From positions 30,396,628 through 30,460,627 of the forward strand of contig OZ037767.1 in NCBI GenBank assembly GCA_964035545.1: 64,000 nt of DNA, written 5' to 3'. Below are positions 15,001 to 27,238 of the stretch, piece by piece. Source of the stretch: Bugula neritina (lineage: Eukaryota > Animalia > Bryozoa). Position numbers and translations under genes: made by a program. The stretch's first letter is position 1; the number at the start of each line of letters is the position of its first letter. The notes beneath the pieces were generated by a model. The model searched no databases and was not told the DNA's origin. It saw only the letters and a list, made by a program, of their open reading frames with translations.

Positions 15001-15901
15001 TTTCGGTGTCGGGATTTCTGATTTTCAAAGGATTATTTTTTATCGATTGGAAAGTTACTTATCATTTGTAGCTTCGCTAGTGTTTAGTTGGTAGTAGTTA
15101 GCACAGCTTTCAATGTTGTCACTGCAAATCATATCTAACCATCTTGTAGGCTATCTCATATTTAAACTGATTCTCCGGTGATGGTTGTTTGCTTGTCGGG
15201 CTGAGTCATTGGGCTGAGTCATCGGTCTGCTATGGCTTCTTGCTCTCAAATTAGAAGTCGTTTTTACTCTGCGCTTTAGTATACTGTTGCACTCATTATC
15301 ACGTTAAGTAGTTGCTTACTTAGCTACTAATTGTAAAGTTATATGCTTCAGTCACAGCTGTGACTATTTGTCAGATAGAGAATAATAAACATTTTAATGT
15401 GGAGTTGTCTTTTCTTTTACAGGTGCAACTAAACTCAGTAACATGAGCATCTTATACATAATAATGGGTGTAGTGATACTGCTTCTGGTCATTGTGCTCG
15501 CAATCATTTGCGTGTGCGTCCGGTGCAGCGTCAAGAAGTCGGCTAGTCGTCGCAACTCCTCACGAAAGAGCTCTTCAAAGCCATCAGATATTCAGCTACC
15601 AATGGTTGAGTCTGACATAGTCTACAACGACAGGCTTTCTAAAACACCCATGCTACCTAAAAGTGTGTCTATAAACAGTTCTACATTCAGTCCTTATGAT
15701 CCCATGCTACAAGATGGCATCTATAAAGGACAGCAGCTAGCTCCAGTCCCCGACAATGTGTTTGAACAATCAACTCTATCTAGCAAATACTCATATAATC
15801 CATCTCTGCACACTTCACTACATAGACCTCAGTCTGACAAGTATTTTAGCTCCCCGACACATCAAAAGTATGACATGGACAGTTGTCTGACCAGTCTATA
15901 G
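1..15901 (+). CDS. Multi-CUB (5x) + LDLa + single TM protein with PDZ-binding tail (SOL-1/LEV-10/Neto-like ion-channel auxiliary protein); 5' end lies outside the window
   Basis: Phase-consistent GT-AG exons: <1-55 (hydrophobic signal-peptide-like RVVEIGLILLYTSFQISA), 5122-5201, 5764-5888, 6583-6800, 7998-8202, 9240-9343, 9627-9758, 11038-11257, 11703-11905, 12039-12255, 12728-12957, 13064-13234, 13494-13617, 14610-14677, 14806-14916, 15423-15901; 913 aa within the window. Five CUB signatures (G.F.SP.YP..Y...C...F..F....C..D....G.YCG....GF...Y), an LDLa motif (CIPDTAVCNSKEDCFDGSDE), TM ILYIIMGVVILLLVIVLAIICVCV, C-terminus ...CLTSL*. Confidence 0.9.
5935..6287. repeat. 14-bp minisatellite (ACATTATTCTCTAC)n, intronic
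   Basis: About 25 directly readable units; explains the periodic spurious ORF 5873..6349. Confidence 0.95.
8563..8608. repeat. (CAG)n-type microsatellite, intronic
   Basis: cagcagcagcagcagtagcagcagcagcagtaacagcagcaacag. Confidence 0.85.
8968..9232. repeat. 22-bp minisatellite (CTGTCTATACATTCCACACATG)n running up to a splice acceptor
   Basis: Near-perfect units at about 9075-9230 and degenerate units upstream; acceptor AG at 9238-9239. Confidence 0.92.
13966..14210. repeat. 7-bp satellite (CTATAGA/GTATAGA)n, intronic
   Basis: Directly visible tandem array. Confidence 0.92.
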
Positions 15902-16198
15902 CGTACCCAAATAAAGGAATTGTCCGACCAGTCTATAACATACTTAGGAGTTGTCTGACCAGTCTATAGCGTACCCAAATAAAGGAGTTGTCTGACCAGT
16001 CTATAGCATACAAAGGAGTTGTCTAACCAGTCTATAACGTACCCAAATAAAGGAATTGTCCGACCAGTCTATAACATACTTAGGAGTTGTCTGACCAGTC
16101 TATAGCGTACCCAAATAAAGGAGTTGTCTGACCAGTCTATAATGTACTCCAGAGTTATCTGACCAGTCTATAGTGCACTCAAACAAAGGAGTTGTCTT
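15881..16198 (+). repeat. Tandem array with core AGTTGTCTGACCAGTCTATA in 37-bp and 31-bp units, starting in the last codons of the CUB gene
   Basis: Nine cores plus a partial one; spacers alternate between 17 nt (gcgtacccaaataaagg) and 11 nt (acatacttagg). Confidence 0.92.
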
Positions 16199-17143
16199 AA
16201 ACAATTAAGACCAAAGCTTGCCTTGTGCTATAAATGAATCTCTATGACGAAGTTTCTCTCAGCTTCTACTAAATTCTGTATTTTATTCTCTGTATTTCTA
16301 TGCTCATGCAATTGCAGAGTCTTCAAACAAATTTCAGTAAAAAGACTGGTTTTTTATACTCTGATTGGGAAACAACACTAATTCACTGCCAAATATCGGT
16401 TGATAATTTGCAAGCGGCTTTTATTAGAGACATTTTGTAATTACAAGTTGTGCTTGAGAGCAGTGAACTTTTTAAATTAAATTTACTCAAAATATTATTT
16501 TAAGTCAAAATATTTAGTGCATTAAAAATGTTTCATGTATTGTTATTTAAAAAAATTTTTTTTTAGTTTATGTTTTTTTTTAATCAAGGAAAATGTGTAA
16601 ATAGCTTTAAGTAAAATAAAAATATTATATATTATATTATATATATTATATAGTTTTTTAAACAATGAATGTAGTACTCTATATTATTTTTGGCTCTAAT
16701 TGCTCAGCATGAAAGCTTGTTGTAAATATTGTAATGTAGAATGTCTATCACAATAGAAGTGTTGTTAATATAAGTTTTGTTATTATTCTTATGTATCAAA
16801 ATAATATATTTTTGTAAATTGTTTTATGAATAAATAATTTCTAAGCACTAGCAAAATTAAGACAAAAATAAAACAGCTTTGCATAACGGTTATTTTTAGC
16901 ACAATGTACAATATTTGTGTATCTTGAAATTTTGTTATAATTATAAAAATATTATTGAGCAAAGGAGAAATATTTGCTATCTAAAAATGAAAAATAACAT
17001 TTAATACGCATGAAAAAAATTTTTGTGTCACTAACATTAAAGTAGAGTATTAGTGATTCATAAATTAGCAATTTATAAAACACTAACTGTATACTAAAAT
17101 ACTTTTGGATTTTAGAGAGAAGATAACTACCGCCTTGGGTGTT

Positions 17144-20100
17144 CTAAGCTGTAACCACAGCATTTATATCCGGTAACGTGGTGCTAATCTCTAGTCTCTC
17201 CTGCAGCTTTTCTTCATTACAACTTGGTGGCCGTATTTCTTCTCTCTCAGGAGTTACCTTTCCTCGACTATTACTACTTTCATTAGTGTTTAAATCTTCA
17301 GGTTGGGTGGGGGGTGCCAGATCCTGACTGCTAGCAACTGGAAGGACCTCAGTCTGAAGTGTTTCTCTACCCTCAATGCTGTAGTCCCACGTAGCAGTCC
17401 TGGGCATAGTGGAGTGTTGTGGTTTGGACGATGCATAGTGACCTCTTGGACTCCAGTTCCCAGGCTTGTTCTGCTCCTTGTTAACCATAATGAACAGCTC
17501 ACCCTGTGTGGGGTTGTAATTCTTTAGCTTGAGGAACCTTGTAAAGTGGTGGCCGGTGTTTACTGGGCTCCCGTGTTTGGTTGTATCGTAGAACTGAGTG
17601 TAATCTCGTGCCAAGTTCTGTTCAATGTATGTTGGTTTACCTGAATGAAGTATTTTGCTGTAAATAAACTATGCATACATGCATGTGCCGCTAGGTTAAT
17701 TGATAGTTCAATATTTAAAGAAAAATGTATGTAAAATTACTATATTTTCATACCTACTGACTAAAACTGTTGATTTTCTAAACTAACTTGTTACTGGATT
17801 ACAGCTTTGGAACTAAAGACTGAAAAATATGCTGCAAACAGCATATATTTAGGACAACCATATATATAAGGACTCTATTATAATCGCTATGTAGCTTTAA
17901 TAAGAATTTAAAATATAACTGAATACTGAACTTTCTAATTCATTTTTAGCACAAATGACTATTTACAGCTATTTAGCTTATCAGCAAACTTGTTTGTATT
18001 CAGCTAATTTTCCCCTTCACTTGACACTTGTTTTTAAGAACCCCAAGCTGATTGGCTTATTGAAACAGTGGTAAACAAAAGGTGACATATTTTATTTAGA
18101 AATTGACAGCAGTAAACCCCAATAAAGTGGTTGTTTTTCTAGCCAACAACTAGATTGACAGCACTTGTGCGACACAAGGCCAGTTAATAGCAATCTAATG
18201 GGACACAAATAGAAACTCAATCATACAATCACCTGTGAAATAATTTCTTTTGTTGTTTTTGTCTAGGTCAATTATTGTTTTAATCAATTACATTTAGTTG
18301 TGTTGCTAATTTTATCCCATGCGTGTATTGTTCACATCCTGTAAACCAGAGTATAGTTAAGTCAGAGTGCTGATTATTTACTTCCCAGAATCGTATCATT
18401 TATTATAGCAGCATTCCCTTACATACACAACTTGTTATTGGCAAACTGGTCAGTTGTTGCTATGATATAAAAGCATGAAATAATCATTGCTGTTTCCACA
18501 AGTTCTCAGCCAATGAAAGCGGAGATTATTAAAAGCTGAAATTAAAAAAACATATCCCTTTTATGGAGGAATTGAGTAAACCCAGAGTCCTAGATCCTAA
18601 GTGGACATCTGCATGTGAAGGGCTGGTCCCGTCTACTACCCTAATGTTATAACTTTTCTATTAGCCTATTGTAAGGGCAACAGAAAGAAACCACATAATA
18701 TGAACAAAGCTTTTTATGTATGAAAAGCTCTCCAAACTTTTCAATTGATAATTTTTCACAACTATGATTGTAAAGGAGATAAAGCACAGCTCTTGAGATT
18801 TTTTTAAATGTTATAAAACAAACCTAAAATGCAGTATTAACTAAAAATGAAATTGTTCTTGAAAGACTCAAAATAAAGTGAAATGTTATATATTAATTTA
18901 CCTGCAGATTCTAGGATTCTAAAAGCTGACTTTGAGTCTATACTATCCATGCTGCTGTTGTACCTGCTAGCCATATTTTCATGATTTAAAGCAAGTAGCG
19001 GGTCTCCTTGCACGTGTCTTCTTGCACCACCAAAGAAGTGTGAGAAACTATGGCTATGGCGGGTCTTATTTGGTGAGAAGGCGTACCCCCTGCTGTATGT
19101 GCTCACGATCTGGCTGTAATCATATTATGTATTCTTGATAGTGTGTAGGTTTGGTATTGCCTTGCAACAAGTGGCATCAACAGAAGATAGATTTGGTATT
19201 GCCTTGCGACATAAAATATCAACGGAGGATACGTTTGGTATTGTTATTCTATTTACTTATATTAGATGGTCACAACAAAATAAGCGTTGTATAAACCTAG
19301 TTTGATCAAAGAATTTTACACTTAATGACTAAATTCAGTCTGAAATGTAGGGCATTCAAAATGAATGAGCCACATTATGTAGTAAAACAACTTTGCCAAA
19401 TAAAAACTATAGGTATAAAAAAATACTTTATAGATATCTTTAAAATTTATATTTTGTTCTTCGATTATTGGCCGTTTAAAATAATGTTTGTTGATATTCT
19501 TAAATTAAAGCAAGCTATTATTTTAGTTATTAGTATTTTTAAGTCAATATGAAGTTAAAGTAAAGATGTTTAAATTTAAAGACAAAAATTTTTTGCTGTA
19601 TTTATCTATTAAAACCTGGGCTATTCCTTAAAGGTACAGGTGTACAACTAATATAGCTATTCAGAAGTTTATTTGTATAGATCATTGATTTGTAAGATTT
19701 CAACAACTAAACATCTTCAATTGGATCTCATCTCATCTACTATATTATATGTATACTACACTAACAGTTATAAATATCATCTGCTATATATATACTACAT
19801 AAACAATTAAACACATAACCTACCAGGCACATATAATCATGGAGCATAATAATTATATAACGGTTAAAAATAAATAGCTATATTTGTCTCCCCACAGAAA
19901 TGCTATGTGTGATATGCAAACCAATGTTGTAACCTCACCTGTAAAAATCTTCCAAGCTTTTAACTGGCAATGCTGTAGTTCTTATGTATGTCGAAGGGGC
20001 GGGACCCAAATGCCCGCCGTCCATTAGCCGGAGACCTCTAAGTCTAATGTTCTGTTGTTTATTTACAAAGTCTTGAGTTCTTTCTCTATTGAGGAGACTC

Positions 20101-22709
20101 GTTGGTTTGGTGACCGGAGACTCAATAACTGTCTTCTTTTCCCTGTCAACTAATCATAGGATAGTTGTTAGTTGTGAGTTTGCTAGTTGCTAGTTGTGAG
20201 TCTGTTAGTTGCTGGTTGTGTGTTTGCTAGTTGCTAGTTGCTAGCTCACCCATTTGCTAGTTGCTAGAATACTAATTTGCTAGTTGCTAGTTGCTGGCTC
20301 ACCAATTTGCTAGTTGCTAGAATACTAATTGACTAGTCAAGTCTTGAGTAATTTGTCATAAAACATTATTTTTTCAAAAGGATGGACCTTTTTGAAATGA
20401 TTGCTCAAAGGTAATCATCTTTTCGAAGTCTATATATCGTTATATGTAGACTAGAAACTAATGAATCCATAACAGCAAGGATCTCTGATAGCTCTGTAAT
20501 TCACACCTAAATTCATTTAATTTATTTCTTGTATTACACAAAAGCAATTAGAAATGCTTTCTGTTATCTCAATTGCGTTACAATTTATAAGACTTGAAGA
20601 TTTTTTTTCGAATACGTATAAAAATATTATTTTAAATTATTTTATTTATTCTGAGTTTAAAATTCAAAATTTAATGTACCTATAAGAATGATATTTCACC
20701 TACCAATAGTACCTAGGTATTATATTTCACCTACTAATATTACCTAGGTATTATATTTCACCTACCAATAGTACCTAGGTATTATATTTCACCTACCAAT
20801 ATTACCTAGGTATTATATTTCACCTACCAATAGTACCTATAGGTATTATATTTCACCTACCAATAGTACCTAGGTATTATATCTCACCTACCAATAGTAC
20901 CTAGGTATTATATTTCACCTACCAATAGTACCTAGGTATTATATTTCACCTACCGATAGTACCTAGGTATTATATTTCACCTACCGATAGTACCTAGGTA
21001 TTATATTTCACCTACCAATAGTAGGCGCAAACCCGTGCTTTGGAAGTCGCTTTATTGGATTCTCTGGAGAAATGCACTGATCTCTAGGAGTTGGAGGAAA
21101 TATTATTCGTCTGCCTCTCACACTTTCAATATACGGAGGCTCTTCAAACAGCTGTACCTTAGCAGGAGAGGTCTTCGGTGGAGTTGATGAGACATTGGCA
21201 GCTTCAAGGTTTGGCTGTCGGAGGTTTATGGAACAATTGATATTGTAGGAATGTATTGAACCTTATAGATATGAATGTTCATGTTATTCACATGTGTAAT
21301 ATAAAGTGTAGGTATAGGGACAAGTCTGAATATGGTATAAACTGTAAATAATACTATAGGTATGGTATAGGTATACTATAGGTATGTTATAAGTATACTA
21401 TAGGTATACTATAGGTATAGTATAGGTATGGTATAGGTATGGTATAGGTATGGTATAGGTATGTTATAAGTATACTATAGGCATGGTATAGGTATACTAT
21501 AGGTATGGTATAGGTATACTATAGGTATGGTATAGGTATACTATAGGTATGTTATAAGTATACTATAGGTATGGTATAGGTATACTATAGGCATGGTATA
21601 GGTATACTATAGGTATGGTATAGGTATACTATAGGTATGGTATAGGTAGACTATAGGTATGGTATAGGTATACTATAGGTATGGTATAGGTATAGTGTGG
21701 GTAAAGCATAGGTATGGTATAGGTATACTATAGGTATACTATAGGTATGGTATAGGTATACTATAGGTATACTATAGGTATAGTATAGGTATACTATATA
21801 GGTATGGTATAGGTATACTATAGGTATAGTGTAGGTATACTATAGGTATGGTATAGGTATACTATAGGCATGGTACAGGTATAGTGTGGGTAAAGCATAG
21901 GTGCTGTCTAGGTATAGTATACATGTAGGTACAAAATAAGTGTGGTCTACGTGCAGCACAACAGGTATGATATATTATAGTATTGGTATATAAAACGAAA
22001 TCCGCTGTAATATCAAAATATAATAAATTATTGTACTGCATTTAACAAAAGAAAATGCAGTTTTTCATTTGTATGCCGTAGATATAACAATATAGAACAG
22101 CAATGTGATATAATATGGCAATTATAATATAATATTATAAATAAAAAACGATGATAAATACAACCATTTGTATTACAGTCACAGACCTTGTTTAACTGAG
22201 CTAGTGGCAAGATAGGTCGGTTCTCTCTAGTGGTTAGCATTGAGTCTGAGCTTGTACTGAAGGCAGTCGGGGGAGGTTTGACAAACGCCTCAGTGCTTGT
22301 GTGGACAATGTCTGGTTTCTCATAGAACTCTGGTAACGACTTTTCTTTAGACCATGTATGTTCTCTCTCACTTAGAAATGGGTTTACCTGCAAAACATGT
22401 TTAGTGCTTTCTTTGGCTTATCACAGGAATCCTCTTTTTCAATTTGTTATAAAAATATCAACCATAATTATCATAGCACCCAAAAATATCTGCTCCCAAT
22501 GTCACAAGCCAGAAAGCATGATGCTGTTAGGTTGTCATGGCAACCGCGAAGTTAAACCTTGAACCCTAGAGTATCTTAAAACAAAAGGAATGTGTATTTA
22601 TGGTTACCCTGACAACGGGAACTTTTGGATCAACCGCTTTCGGTGCTCGTCTGGTGTGTCCATGATGAACCGACCTTTGAGCTAAGGACACGGGTGTTCT
22701 GTCGGCCAT
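17144..22709 (-). CDS. Uncharacterised ~473-aa Pro/Ser/Thr/Arg-rich protein with 6 coding exons
   Basis: Minus-strand exons 22709-22608 (MADRTPVSLAQ...), 22387-22187, 21214-21016, 20149-19939, 19113-18902, 17640-17144 all have GT-AG ends and splice into one open frame of 1422 nt. No domain recognised. Confidence 0.8.
20161..20335. repeat. Degenerate 7-bp (GTTGCTA)n repeat, intronic
   Basis: Repeated agttgctagttgctag next to the acceptor at 20150-20151. Confidence 0.85.
20691..21023. repeat. 31-bp minisatellite (TATTATATTTCACCTACCAATAGTACCTAGG) x11 overlapping a splice donor
   Basis: Eleven CACCTAC cores; the last unit contains the exon/intron boundary at 21016/21015. Confidence 0.95.
21350..21905. 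repeat. 11-bp satellite (TATAGGTATAC/TATAGGTATGG)n, intronic
   Basis: Directly visible tandem array. Confidence 0.93.
22531..22544. promoter_or_regulatory. RFX X-box motif GTTGTCATGGCAAC
   Basis: Near-palindromic match to the RFX X-box consensus (GTTNYCATRGNAAC) in the first coding intron of the unknown gene; a second X-box-like site GTTACCCTGACAAC at 22603-22616. Confidence 0.6.
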
Positions 22710-25084
22710 GTTGCTTGTTAGAAATCAGATGTTTGCTGACGTCTGCGTTACAGAAGCTGTTGCCATGCTCAGCCAATAGCAGATCGGATGTCTTTTCTAT
22801 AAACGTGAAAAGAGGTTTATGTTGTTATGTAGTTGTAACACTCACTTAACACTATACTACAACTACACAGAGAGCTGTATTGTTACCTGACAATGTGAAA
22901 CATACTAGTGTATTGCTTAGTGCTCTACAGAATCGCTCTCAAGTAGTTTGATCTAATAAACAATATTCCAGTCAATGAACCAAACGTGTTACAACCGTTT
23001 TATATAACATGATTATTTTTAAATTCACTGAAGCAGGTTAATATTGATCTATATATAGTTACATCTACGTTCTCCAATTATTTTATACATAAAGTATTTT
23101 AACGCTTGTAAGTAAAACAGGTTGTGCTTCTCACTTACAATCTCTAACTTCACAAAACACACCGGAATTCGGATAGTTATACTTATATGTATTGTATTTG
23201 CCTGCACTAAATAGTATGAAGCTTTATGAAATCAGTATTAAGCATATCTGTAATTACTTAACAGTTTAATCACATGGATTATTGGTGATTGTAAGCATTA
23301 AGTGAAGTCAGAACAAAAGTAAACACACCATAGAATAAAAACTATTCATTTAAATCTACGTAGACTGACAACCTATCAATATAATTAACACATAGGCCTA
23401 CAGCCCTTAAAAGACTGAAATAACTGAACATATATTACTATAATATAACTTTGATTAAAGAATCTCTGAGGCCAAAGACTGCATTCACACCATCAGATTT
23501 TGTTGGCTTACTTAGACATCATATTTGTATATCATTTTATCCGTGCTAAAGTTTAGTAAAAATTGAAATGTCACCATTTTTGGCGCCTTTATAGAAAACC
23601 TATGACTAGTAGATATATGACTCACTCACAGTGATAACTCACTCACAGTGATAACTAACTCATAGTGATAAACCACTCACTGATAAAAATGTCGAATTAA
23701 AATAGTATTTTTAAATAATATGAAAGAACAGCTAATACATATATGCTGTGCAAACAATAAGTTGCATTTTGGGAAAAAGCATATTGCTGACAGTTCAAAT
23801 AGTTTAGTTTCCCTACAATGTAATATAAATATACATGTACAGTATATATAATATACTGTGTATGCTATACACTACTTGCAAACACTCAGCCATATATATA
23901 AACAGAGTATGCTAAAGTAATACTTGTCAATGATATTACACAATCTTGTAAGAGTAGATAAAGAATTTGCATGACTTGCTACACTTACAGGCAACATATT
24001 AACATAGCATAAGATAGAATATAATTTTATTAGTTAGGGTATTTATTTGATAGATATGATATGTATAATACAGCTAATAGCAATAAACTATAGCTTAACT
24101 ACAAGGTGTGCTTGGAGTGTCTTAAAAATACTGACAAAAAAGTATATATTTTACTCTACTGCATTATATTGCACTATGTTATATATTATATTATAATTAT
24201 ACATACATTAGTTATCTTTAGTCCAACTCACTACCTTTAACCACAGATGCTCATTGAGTTCAATGCAATATGCTGCTCATTAGCAAATATTTAAGTTAGA
24301 GTAAATGTGAAATGCAATGTAACAAAACTGAAATAGCTAAATCTAGTGGTTGCTAGAGCCTTTTGTGTGCCGTTGAATAGCTACTGGAACTCCTTTGTTC
24401 TCTTCTACTCAATAAAACAATATCAAACTTGAAGAATTATTAAAAAGGAGCGTAGCCAAGTTGACTTACTGACAAATCCTTCAACAGAATATTAAAAAAT
24501 GAATCTTTTACTGGTATAATATAAAACATCAAATTTTGAAATGAAATATTTTATCTACTGGTTATTTTTAACTATAAAATGAGTAGAATATAAACCCCAA
24601 TTTCAAGATTACAATTTTTCCCCTTCTAATAAGCAATGAATATATTTCAGCCTTTTTCTATTTATCCATTAGGCCACATAGAAGTTTATTTAAACTTATG
24701 AACCAATTTCTTTCATTTTATAAGCAATTGTGTTAATTCAAATGTGAATAGCATTTCTCTATAAAGCAATAGTTTAAAATGACTATCAACTTTGTTATAA
24801 TCACAGACTAATCTTGTTGAACTAAGGCCACGAAAGCTGTCAGTTGTATTAGGGCGTAGCCTGCAAACCCAACAAAAGAGGCATAGCCTGTGAGTTCTCA
24901 ACAGGTGCTAGGAGAATGCAAATCAAGGTTTAGCATATATTATTACAATATTTGAAAGTGAGATATTTTTCTCTCAGTCTTTGTATAGTAATTTTCACAA
25001 AGTGGTACAACTTGGTTTAAATTCTAAAAAGTTACGGCATATGCATATGTATATAGCATCATATTATAGCTTATACTATATTGT

Positions 25085-25440
25085 ATATATAATATTGTAT
25101 CATATTATATGTTAGATATAATATATAATATTATATATTATATATATAATATTATATATTAAATATTATATCATATTATATATTATATATAATATCATAT
25201 ATTAAATATTATATCATATTATATATTATATATAATATTATATATTAAATATAATATCATATTATATATTATATATTATATATATATAATATTATATTTT
25301 ATATATATATATTATATATTAAATATTATATCATATTATATATTATATATTATATATAATATTATATAATAAATATTATATCATATTATATATTATATAT
25401 AATATTATATATTAAATATTATATCATATAAAATAATATT
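25085..25440. repeat. AT-only low-complexity tandem repeat (TATTATA/ATATCAT)
   Basis: Almost exclusively A/T with ~7-bp periodicity. Confidence 0.9.
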
Positions 25441-26915
25441 GCACTTACACACGTTTATCTTTACTCTTACACTTACACTTACAGTTACTCTTATACTTAT
25501 ATACAAATATATATAAATATAGTTAGAACTACAGCTATTGCTATAGTTATTATTATGTAGAAGATGATTAGTTTTGTATATCACTGTATATCACCATTAG
25601 TTATGTATTATATCATTGTTGCATTTGTAAAACTCATCATGTGTCAGATGTGGTAACTTTAAGATTTGGTTTTTCACATTTCCCATTTGCTAAAATAATT
25701 CTAGCAATGCATTGGTTTTGAGATACAATATATAGTATAGTGTAAGTGTAAGTGTAAGCACAAGTATAAGTTCGTACATGTAAGTGTAAATGCTGTACAG
25801 CGATTGAGAGCTTATAACATTTTAATCAGGAGAAACAATCTCATATGTTATTCAATAAAAATATTATTTGTGCAAAAATTAAAATACAATAAATAAAGAA
25901 TTCTTTTGATTGCCAAATTATCAAATTTATCTTTCTACCACATATTTGATTAGATGAAGAAGGAAAGAGGGCTGTGGGTTCTGCTATATACTGTGTGTGT
26001 ATCAAATAAACCCCTGTCTACCTGGTAACAAGTTTCATCAAGCCTATATAGTTTACAGCCAACATTCAGCATCAAAACATATTTTATAAAAATATAAGTT
26101 CTCTTGAACCTGGTATGAAAAACATAACTGTTCAAGAAATGGACTGTTGCAAAGTGTGTTGTAATGCTTTAAATCGCAATTAGACCTTTGTATTTACTTA
26201 TATAATAAGCATAAGAATGAACAAACCTATCCAATTTATACATGGATGTATTATTATTCAAAGTTCATTAATTGTTTATCCACAGAAAAATACAAGATAA
26301 TATGTGAAAGTTCAGGAAGCAATGTGCTGATCACATCACCTCATGCCTTGATGTTTACATTACGCAATGTTATTATTTATAACTTCTCCACGCCTCTGTC
26401 TGCAGGATATCATGTGTATGCAAGCTGCAGGAATGAAATAGAAATGTTAAGCTGACAGTATGAACATGAAGTTCCAGAAAAACAGTATTAAATTATAAAT
26501 ATAAAACACAGCAATTGAATTATAAACTTGTAACTTATAACTTTATTTATATTATGCTAATTTTGTTGGGGAGGATTGACTTAAATAACTTAAGTTATAA
26601 TTAGTAAACTTGCACAGTGTGATAGTTTAATGGTAATTTATATGTTAATGGTGGGCCATGGTATACCAGATACTGGCGTATGGTGAAAAAACATAAGCAC
26701 TGATGTGTGGTGATACAAAGATCATAGTTCTACAGATTTTCCATAATATAATTTAATAAAGAAAATAAACAGCAGTAGTATCAGAAAAGTGCATTATTAC
26801 AGTAAAGTCCTGCAAGTGTATAGCTTGTTTTGTGTTTACACAATCCCTGGCTATCCATGCTATTTATAAATAAATAAGAAAGCCATCAAATATATCCACT
26901 GCATTATCAGATCAA

Positions 26916-27238
26916 ACTTTGGTTTCTAAACACTGGGTATCACACCATGACCATTGAACAGAGCACCAGCCAACTGGTGTCTAATTTTGGCTGTCACAGT
27001 CTTAAGTGCTCAGCAACTTCACCTGGTTGCACAACCTGTTGGCAGTTGACACAGGTGTCTGTATAACTTTTATTTATGTAACTCTAATCTATGTAAAAGT
27101 TGTAAATCTCTGCCAAGAATGGCGCAACACTCAGTAAACTGAGCAGCAGCAGTATAAAAGGCAGCGGCTGAGAGCTGGTTCTTCATTCTGTTTGCTGATT
27201 AGCATTGAACACTCAAAGCTAGCAGCAGTTGTCTCACC
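26916..27238 (+). promoter_or_regulatory. Promoter and 5'UTR of vitellogenin-like copy A (TATA box, Inr-like motif, E-box cluster)
   Basis: TATAAAA at 27153-27159; TCATTC at 27183, 30 bp downstream; E-boxes at 26971, 27020, 27043 and 27052; block conserved upstream of copies B and C. Confidence 0.8.

Noticed and set aside
15198-15222. Tandem AP-1 (TGAGTCA) sites in the last CUB intron
   Set aside because: Explained by a simple 13-bp duplication; no supporting conservation available.
15881-16198. CRISPR-like repeat-spacer array
   Set aside because: Spacers are short (11 or 17 nt) and recur, there are no cas genes, and the context is an intron-rich animal 3'UTR; it is a minisatellite.
18233-18338. 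Possible extra minus-strand exon of the unknown gene
   Set aside because: Contains an in-frame stop in the required phase, and the flanking exons already join in frame.
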